64,000 nucleotides of DNA from Tubulanus polymorphus (lineage: Eukaryota > Animalia > Nemertea). The stretch lies in contig NC_134031.1 of assembly GCF_964204645.1 (NCBI RefSeq), forward strand, positions 1,240,001 to 1,304,000, given 5' to 3'. This document shows, in pieces, positions 55,146-64,000 of this stretch (position 1 is its first letter; every line of letters starts with the position of its first letter). Under the pieces are notes generated by a model. It ran no database searches. It had not been told where the DNA came from and saw only the letters and a list, made by a program, of their open reading frames with translations. A program made the position numbers and the translations under genes.

Positions 55146-58100
55146 ATGGAGATTGAAGTTGTGGGCGCCATGGGTACAGAGGAGGAAGGCACGACGTCGA
55201 CGCCGCGCAGCGGGCGCAAGAAGAAATCAGCGCTGCTCTCGAGATTAGCGATGAAAAAGAAAGAGAATTTATCGGACGATAGTGATTTCGGTTCGCACGT
55301 CAGTTTACAGGACGACCAGAAAACAGATAGTATCAGTATTAATAACAGCTCTACCGGGGAACACCGGGTGGGAAACCATCCCGGTACTGGAGGGGGAATC
55401 CCCGTTACTACAGCGGGAATCCCCGGTAGTACAGGGCGACCTTCTATAACCCCTCGACAGCTCAAACGTGAACCAGCCCTGACTGATGAGAAATCATCTA
55501 ACATTGATGAATCGTTAAAAAATGAATCCGAAATTGTCTCTTCGGTGAATCGAGTCCCTTCCGATTCGACATTACAGAAAATACGTTCCTACAACGTAGC
55601 TAGCGATTTACCGGAGGTCGCCGTCGAGAGTCAATTTAAACCGCAACCTCCGCGACGACCTTCGGATACTAAAGACAGCAGTGAAAAGCGCTCAAATGGA
55701 ATTCACAGCGAGAATTCCGGATTAAGACGACCTCGGAATGTCAGCGGTGGAAATGACAGCTCAGACGGACCATCGGCTCCGCAACGACCTTCAGAATATA
55801 ATACGAATAAACAATTGAATTCAACCGATGACGAATACAATCGAATAAAACACGGAGAACGTCCAAATTTTAAACTCGATTTATCTTCGCGAGATAGCGC
55901 CGAATCGACGAAGGAATCGGACGATGCCGATTCTGATTTAAATAACACGAAAAGCGAACTTCAGGCGGAGTACGAGAGTATTCTAACGAGTACCCCTCGC
56001 GCCGAGTTACCCCTCCCTCCGTCTGGTCGACCCCCGAAACGACTATCACCCGTAATCGGAGCTTCGACTCCTCCTCCGATGGATGCAGATATCTCGTCTA
56101 CGGGTTTGCGGACTTCCTATAAATCGGATATGAGTAAAACGCGGGCGGAAAGGGCGTCGCGAGCTACGTTTTCGAGTTTCGGACAAACAGGAACGAGTAG
56201 CGATTTGGGGTCGTTGCGATCGTTACAAACTCAATCTTCATTACCTTTAATTACAACCAAACAAGCAAGAGAAAGGTAACAACTTCATGTGTGTGATTAA
56301 CATAGTTGTTCCAGGGGCTGCTGTTGCTCGAAAGCTGGTTAAAGATAACCAGTGGATAGTTGACATAGTGACAATTTAAACTGCTTTGTGTTTCAATCTA
56401 CCATTGTAAATATCAGAGGCTGCTGTTGCTCAATAGTCAGTTAGAGTTAACTGGTGGAAAAACACCATGGTAACAATGCTTTAAATGTCACTATGTCAAC
56501 TATCCACTGGTTAACTTAAACTGGTTAACTTTCGAGCGAACTGTCTCTTGATGGTCAGAACTCTATCCAACTTTTCAGCAACTTGACTTCACAGCTATTC
56601 AAACTATACAGTAAACTGTTTCTTACTCAGTCGTGTTTGGGGAGGGGGGCTGCTGCTGTAAATATTCTACTCAGTTGAGAATCAGGGAAATAGAAAAGTT
56701 TTTCCAAATGAATTGAGTAAAATATTCACTTGAGAATCAGAGAACTCGGTGGCGTTGGGGGCATATTTTGCTGGGGCATATTTCGCCGAGTTGATTATCA
56801 AGGAACTCTGTAGTATTGGGGGCATATTTCATTGAGTTGACAACAGGGAACTCGGTAGCGTTGAGAATGCCGTAAATATTTCACCGAGTTGACAATCAGG
56901 GAAATAAAACCTTTTTCCAAATACATTTGAGCAAAATTCACGTCCTAGAAGTCTATTGATCTATAATGGTTCGAGTAAGGAGGAGTTTACTGTATATTCA
57001 AGAATTACCAATATTACAATTATATTTACTTTGTTTAAGGTATATAAACATCGCTTGATTAATTGCATTATCGTTGATAAATGTTCACATGGATTAAATC
57101 GGTTATTTGTAGAAGTTTCCTCGTCGGAAGTGTAAATAAAAGTCTCCTCGGATCGGAGGAATTAGAACGATGTTTTCCCGATCGTAAAATTCGAGTGTTT
57201 TCCGCTACGTGGAATATGTGCGGAATTCAACCGAAAGATCTTCCGAATACGTTAAACGATTTCCTATTGCCGGAGACTATTGATTATATGCCTGATGTAG
57301 TGACAGTCGGTAGTCAGGAAACTTGTACTGATAGGTAAGATTTTAGGCTAACGAAAAATGATACCTTGTTTCTCCTAATCGGCTGAGTCTCTTTGTAAAT
57401 AGCAATAAGATTAAGATTTATACGTAATCAATTCATTTCTATAACTGCTGGGTCTGTTAATATGGTTAGCTAAAAATTAATGCACAGGGTAGATAGGTGG
57501 CCAGGTTAACTAAAGCTCTGGGGCCGGTTCCATATTCAAGACTTAAAACAAAAAGTGGTCTTAAATCTTAAGACTGGTCTTAAGTTGTTAGATTGGCTCT
57601 CGAACTTAGAACGGTCTTATGTCTAAGCCATGACTATGAAACCGGCCCCTGCAGACAGAGAAACAAGGGATTTTTTTAGCCTGAGACAGATGACTTTTTT
57701 GAACTTTCATTCTGAGATATAATTCAAGGTTTTACATGTTATTTATTGTATTGTTTATCATTGATACAGACACGAATGGGAAGTTCGAATACAAGAAACA
57801 CTAGGTCCGACGCATGTGATGGTTCACTCGTGTCAACACGGTACCTTACATTTATGCGTATTCATCAAAAGAGATTTAGTTTGGTATTGTTCAGGTTAGT
57901 GCGAATGTATCAGGATTAATTAATACAGATGTATTTCATCCACTGCAAATATCAGTAGGGGGCTGTTTTACACAGTACTTACTCAAAATCTTGCTGATAT
58001 TCATCAACATGCAGTTTAAGTGTGAATTTACCAATTTTGACCCCTCCCTTTAATGTAAAATGCCACCTGATGAACTTACAACCCCCCCCCCCCCTGATAA

Positions 58101-61100
58101 ACACCAACTCTGCCTAACACAACAGAACTAGTGAACAATGATATGATGAGGTAAAACTTTGCAATGAAGATTTAAGTCTCACAATCATGTGGCAGCTGAA
58201 AAGTTAGAACATCGAAACGTTAAGATTTATTTCTTCTGGTTCTTTCTACCATATAAACTGCATGACATGTTGTATCTTGGGTCATTCATTGATAACGGTT
58301 TTTAGTGAAGAAGTAGAAATTCGGATTATTAAAGAAAAATTTTAACATTTCGGCTTCGTGATTATTGTGGGTCTTATATATGTCACACTGCTGCACTTGT
58401 TTGTTCTTCTCTTAGTTCATTATTGATGAATAATGTTCTATTTCAGTTCCGGAAGACGCTTGTTTAACTACGAGAAAAGCTATCCGTACGAAAGGTTGCG
58501 TCGGTATTAGTTTAACTATATTCGGAACGTCTTTTCTATTTCTTACTTCACATTTTAAACGTAAGTATATAATTCAGTATAAAATTACGCGTATTACGTT
58601 CATATTTAAAGCTCTCATATCGTTGTGTGTCGGCATATCATATTTATTTTCGGTGGAAATTAAAGGTTTATTTGCTTTTTTCCCAGATGAAAAACATAAA
58701 CCGCGCTATGCTGTTGCAAGTATGTAGGCCAAACAATCCATTATATTTATGCAAATAAACGCAATATCTTTATTTAAGGCTCTAATTTTTGCAGCAGGCA
58801 TTTATCACAATTCACCGACTAGAGGACTAAATAGAAAAATTGAAATAGAAATTTGTTAGATACATGTAACTCCCCCAGCCCCCTGCACGCCCATCATAGC
58901 TTTGCCATGTACATGTACAAACATGTACAATGATTGAACAGTAACTTGAAATTCACAATAGCAAGCAGCGAGCTTTTTTACAATTCACTCAACCAGCTTC
59001 AGTGATAGAACATCATTAAAAATTGTTCTTCAAATTCGTAGAAACTTAATTCTCGAGTGAATACTGATAGGTTTAAGGTACGGCAGTCTAAATTACAGCT
59101 AGTCATTAAAACAGGCCCCAAATGGAAACGTGATTTCCGTCTCAATGAGTATTGTAGCATCAATTTCTACCAACTAGCTAGCGTTTGTTGAAATACATGA
59201 AATAGAAAAGGTGAAATAGTTTTTGATGATCCCCAAATGAAGCTTTTTGGCATCGCTGCCTCTTATTTAACGTGATCATGAAAGTAATAATGATAACATT
59301 CTCATTCATTTTTAACGATCGAATATTTTCACGCAATAAAAGGTATATCTCCATGTGCGATTGTTTACCTAATACAAACTGACATACTAACGTCATTCTC
59401 TTATCAAGGATTTTGTGCGGGCTATAAACATAATCCTTGATAGGGTTTTTTAATGCTACCTTCTCTTGGAAACATCACCCAGGCCAAGTTGCACCGTCGT
59501 GAGGGCTTTAATTGTAAGATTAGTTATAGAAGAAAGATGATTTAAGACTGGTCTTTAGTTTAAGCCTTCACTGTGCAACTGACGCTGAAGAAATGGAGTC
59601 GCTTTCGTTAAAAGTATTCCCAGAAAACTACCGATACTGTGAATAATCAAAACTTTACGGTGAACTCACTCAGAGTTCTGTATCAGTATCTGTAAGCTTT
59701 CTTAATTGAAACTCAGTTGCGTTGGAACTGCAGCGACTGCACCGGCGAAAGCCGCGGCAATAATTTACTGAATGACGTTTTTTTTTCTTTGAATCTGTCC
59801 AAAATTGGCATTTGGCCGCAGCAATACAACATTGCTTCCTGAAACTTCAGTTTTTTGTGCTCCATTTTCTAGTGTGTACCGGGTATGTAAACAATTTAAG
59901 GTAGCATGTTTAGAAGCTGTGGAATTGTTTTTCTTATTTTCTATTTTCCAGCAGCAGACGGCCGTTTGAAAGAACGCGTTGAAGACTACAATAAAACAAT
60001 CAAAAACCTTGACCTTCCAAAACGTGTCGTAGTCAATGAGTTTACGGCTAAAGGTAAATTAGGAAGATAAACTAATCACAGTCGACCAACAATTATTCGC
60101 CACCCTTCGTTTTCCACCCTTATTTTGAATGCTTGATTGCAAGAATTTAAGTTCATTTCAATAGTTATGATGTTAAGTTATCTGCCAGCCTTGATCATCA
60201 GTCAGCACTACAGCAGTGTGAAAGATAACTGAAAGTTGTCTGTATTACAGTAAACCGCACCTAACTCAAACAAGTTGGGACTGAAAAAAAATTAGTATGA
60301 GTTAAGGATCCGAAAAATTAGTGATATACTGTAGTAATTCTGGGCCCAGTTTCGAGAAAAAGTTTAAGCCTAAAACGATTAAGTTTGAATTGTTGTCCTC
60401 ATTGAAAACATGAAGTAACCAATGGCAATTACACCAAAAATTTGAGTTTAACTTTTTTGTGAAACTGTGCCCTGGTGTTGATATGTTCAGAAATGAATTT
60501 GTTATTGCGAATTGTAATTATGCAGCTGATGACGTAACAGCTCGATTTGACTGCGTTTTCTGGGGAGGTGATATGAATTTTCGAATCGAACGCCCGAGGC
60601 ATATTGTCGACACCGTCATGAACGCCATCGCTCAGAAAGAACATCCTAATTTCGAGGATCTGTTGATGGGTGATGAGTTATACAAAGCTAGAATGGAAGG
60701 TCGGTATTTAATCAATGATCATTTAATCACCATTTATTTTCTCCTCGAGAATAAAATGGGACTAAAATGAAATCATGTCTCTGCAGGAACCGCGTTTCAG
60801 GAGTTTCAAGAAGGACGTATTAATTTTGCTCCCACCTATAAATTTGATATCGGCACGGATAATTATGACACATCACCTACTCTTAGAATTCCATCCTATT
60901 GCGTAAGTCATTATTCAGTAGAATTTTATCCTCTAATTCAGAAAGAGATGGAAAATATATTACTTTTCAATTCGTGAATTATTTATCTATCTTAAGCATT
61001 ATATGGAATACAGTACTTCTTATGTTTAACATCTATAAGCATTTAAAAAAACATGTAAAATACTGGACCTGGTTCTACAGGTTAAATTTGACTTTGTTAT

Positions 61101-61918
61101 GAACTGCTTGTAATTTTAAATCAGAGTTAACTCAAACCACTTGATAATTACCTCCAAGCCTAGTCCTTAACCTGTCTGTGGTTTAGTTTCACGATCGGAT
61201 ATTTTCACAAACGTTGGTATAAGCCTATCCGATTATAAAAAGCTAACCACCAACGATTAGGTAACTAACTACTCCAAGCCCTTACTCACAATTATGGAGG
61301 TGGATCCTGGTAACTTAGTCTCTTTATATTTTCACAAATTGTCGTGGAAAATTCACGTTTTTCCTTTTCATCTGATTATAGGATCGAGTATTATTTCGTT
61401 GCCGTAAGAAACACGGAATCGTCTGTCATTTCTACGATAGCGTCGACTCGATCAAAATATCAGATCATCGTCCTGTTTACGGTCTTTATGAGGTCGATAT
61501 CAAACCAGGAAGAGACAAGTAAGTAACCATTTTAAAACTCAATAACTCAAAGTTTCTTAATCCAATTTGTATCATGGAATTATCAAACGTTTTTTTTACA
61601 GTATTCCGTTATCAGGAGGCATGTTTGACCGAAATGTTTTCATGGAAGGTATGTAAATCTAAAATGCCGTAAGAAATCTTTGAAAGTCAGTAATTTGTTA
61701 ACATACTTCATAAACAGCCCCTTATCAAGTCCATTTCACAGTTGCGGATCTGAATTATGGAAATACACCACGTGTTTTTCTTTTTTTCGGATTTTATGAA
61801 CTAAAAATATAATGAAAAATTTGATGTTTGTTTTTTTTTAGCCACGGCGAGACGCGTGAAGCTTCAAGACAGCCATAAGAATTCCGAGAAATCCAGTTCA
61901 ATATGCAGCATACAGTAA
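55146..61918 (+). CDS. INPP5E: Phosphoinositide 5-phosphatase INPP5E (72-kDa type IV; multi-exon)
   Basis: Disordered N-term; ATWNM; [12 protein letters not shown]; [23 protein letters not shown]; [11 protein letters not shown]; FAPTYKFD; RIPSYCDRVLF; SDHRPV; FDRNVF; C-terminal CaaX CSIQ*. Confidence 0.96.
57521..57648. mobile_element. PIF/Harbinger-like MITE family A with perfect CTG TSD
   Basis: CTG|GGGCCGGTTCCAT ... ATGAAACCGGCCC|CTG. Confidence 0.8.
60343..60471. mobile_element. Harbinger-like MITE family B (reverse orientation)
   Basis: Reverse complement of the 51818 copy, with CTG on both flanks. Confidence 0.8.
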
Positions 61919-62075
61919 ACCTGAGCATTTGAAAATATTATCAAAACTAATAGAAATACAATGACCGATACATGTGTGCTCATCAACTGATTATCTATTA
62001 ATTGCCTGTCATTATTTGCTGTTCAACTGTTTTTTACATTATTGAATAGTGTTACAGTCTCTTCTCCTTTTTAGA

Positions 62076-62220
62076 TATTTTCACAGGGGCTTGTCATAAT
62101 TTGATGGAGGATGGATGACACCAGTATCCCTATATAAAAAAGAATCTTATCATTTTTATCTAAAAATCTTTTTTATATAGGGATACCTCTATCAAATTGT
62201 GACAAGCCCCTGTGGATATT
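62076..62220. repeat. Long imperfect inverted repeat (MITE-like) in the INPP5E 3' UTR
   Basis: CACAGGGGCTTGTCATAATTTGAT pairs with ATCAAATTGTGACAAGCCCCTGTG; GTATCCCTATATAAAAAAGA pairs with TCTTTTTTATATAGGGATAC. Confidence 0.85.
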
Positions 62221-63028
62221 TTTACCAAGTTTTATTGTCAAATTATAGAATTCTAGACATTTACTGTTTTAAACAAAGTAAGTTTGTATGTATTTTACCA
62301 CAACCGAATCCGTGACAAAATTATAGAAGCTTTAAAGACAAATTATGTAAAATTGCCTCATTTTGTTTTAACTGTTATCATCGTTATGTATGAATCGTTG
62401 TTATAAAGTTCTTCATTGACGTCACACCTATTGCGTCATATTGGCCGTTTAATTGTTAGGGCCAGGTGCTCTTGGCGTCAATATGACGAGCTGTGACGTC
62501 ACTCGAGGATTTACGTATCTAGTAGTATATTGTGTAGTTGCCAAATGAATGTATTTCGTAATCGTGTATGAATAAAATATGTTGACCTATTATCAAAAAA
62601 CATCGTGGTGGACGTGTTCAATCTAATTTGTATTTTATAGGGGAATTGTCTGATTGGTCATCATTATCGTCATCGTTATCCCCGTTAATCTGGGGATGTG
62701 ACCGCGTGATGCGGCGTTCATAAACATGACGTTGAAGATTGCAACAACAGTTTAAACTCCGCAGAGGGTTGGACTTTGAAAACTGGACACTAGAAGATTA
62801 TGTTGTCCGGTAATCGAACTGGCCATAGTACCCATGGAGTAAGGGAGACTACTGAGAGTAATGAACAATCCCGAATCAGGAACTGCAGAATCCTGAAGAA
62901 CAAGATGTTTCGATATTTGTTTGGAATTTTGTGGTTTCTACGGTACCCCTAGCTGTTTTTATTGCAAGTTCTGTTCTCTGATACTCGGCTCCTGTGGGTT
63001 CGTCTGTTACTTCTGATCTGGTCACATT

Positions 63029-63073
63029 CCACCTTACGACGGCTATAGTTCGTCAACAGTCGAAACGTTGTGG
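63029..63073 (+). ncRNA. Second minimal hammerhead motif (core variant CUUACGA, probably inactive) in a Penelope-like remnant
   Basis: CCAC-CTTACGA-C-GGCT...AGTC-GAAA-CG-TT-GTGG; stem I CCAC/GTGG is perfect; G5 is replaced by U. Confidence 0.6.
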
Positions 63074-63522
63074 TCTCATATTGATAAAATTTCATCATAT
63101 ACATGTATAGAATTCTATTTTGGGATTTCTGCATTCAAGATCTACAGTTTACACGGATTAGAGTGTTTTATTCGACTTCTAAATTGAAGCTGTTTCGAGG
63201 CGCGTGAATTTATGCTGCATTCTTCCTGATGAATGAAAGCTTTGAATGAATCGCAAAGAAAATATATCGACAGTAAAATTTTGAATTCAATTTCAAAGTT
63301 AAGAAAAGAATCTACATTAAAATTGAATCCAATTTGAAAGTGAATGTCAAACTAAAAGCCGATTGTATAGACATTGACACCTAATTCAATGCTCGGATTC
63401 TCAAACGCAAAAGCTAATACAATTTACTTCACTAAAGCTCAATATTCATCAGCTCATCAAGTTGTATCACACAGCATTTGATTTGATATCGCGGCTTCTG
63501 AAGAGAGAGATGCAACTCGGAC

Positions 63523-64000
63523 ATGAATCTTAACTCATCCCGACCGGTTTTCCTTTATTATACCGGTCTTATCCAGTCATTGCCTCGTTACGGTACGAAA
63601 CAACTGCGTGACATACAAACTGTAACTTTACCGATCATCGCCTTTTTCGGGATAATCGGAAATGTTTGTAGTTTTCTAGTGATGACAAGTAAGAAATTCC
63701 GTGTGTTTTCATACGCTCAATATTTAGCAGCGCTTTCTGTTTTTGATACTTTAACTCTGATAGGTTACACTTTACCTTGCATTAATTACGCATCGTATCC
63801 AAATATTTTAGTTCAATTTTACAATCCGGAAATGTGTAAAATATATGAATATATTCTCGCAGTTTTGGATGCGATAAGTTCATGGTTAGTGATCGTTATC
63901 AGCGCAGAGCGTTTGTCTATTGTCGTTTGGCCATTTGCGGCGAGGAGAATTGCGACACCGTCATTTTCACGTAAAGTTATGTTCGTCCTATTCATATTGA
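63523..64000 (+). CDS. Class A GPCR, 5' part (runs off the window; absent from the ORF track)
   Basis: Open frame MNLNSS...LPIIAFFGIIGNVCSFLVM...YLAALSVFD...MCKIYEY...SSWLVIVISAERLSIVVWP, covering TM1 to the start of TM4. Confidence 0.88.
   Translation, partial: MNLNSSRPVFLYYTGLIQSLPRYGTKQLRDIQTVTLPIIAFFGIIGNVCSFLVMTSKKFRVFSYAQYLAALSVFDTLTLIGYTLPCINYASYPNILVQFYNPEMCKIYEYILAVLDAISSWLVIVISAERLSIVVWPFAARRIATPSFSRKVMFVLFIL

Noticed and set aside
58190-58225. Third hammerhead candidate (CTGAAAAG...CGAAACGTT)
   Set aside because: The CUGANGA core is broken and stems I and II are not convincing.

Overview
Gene-dense, AT-rich animal genomic DNA with short GT-AG introns. An invertebrate origin, possibly lophotrochozoan, is inferred from gene content and repeat types. 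Hand-spliced gene models in order: CATSPERB (+), TTI1 (-), an intronless class-A GPCR (-), an unnamed type-I membrane protein (SP / Ser-Asp-His repeats / 3xTSP1 / Ig / EGF / TM / Tyr-motif tail with EPIYA) (-), CSTF1 (-), QTRT2 (-), an intronless BMPER/crossveinless-2 (-) ending about 130 bp upstream of the first QTRT2 coding exon, a single-TM microprotein (+), FBXO38 (+, three frameshifts beside a ~200-nt poly-A tract, probably consensus errors), one to three low-complexity uncharacterised ORFs (-), INPP5E (+), and the 5' part of a second GPCR (+) running off the window. Introns hold many MITEs (Harbinger-like with CWG TSD, Tc1/mariner-like with TA TSD, one with an 8-bp TSD), a tRNA-derived SINE, an RTE-like LINE remnant, minisatellites and two Penelope-type repeats carrying minimal hammerhead ribozyme motifs. 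Best leads are the BMPER-QTRT2 shared or nested transcription unit, the TSP1-Ig-EGF receptor with an EPIYA motif, and the hammerhead-bearing Penelope fragments. Gene identities come from remembered family sequences, not database searches; exon boundaries were read by eye.
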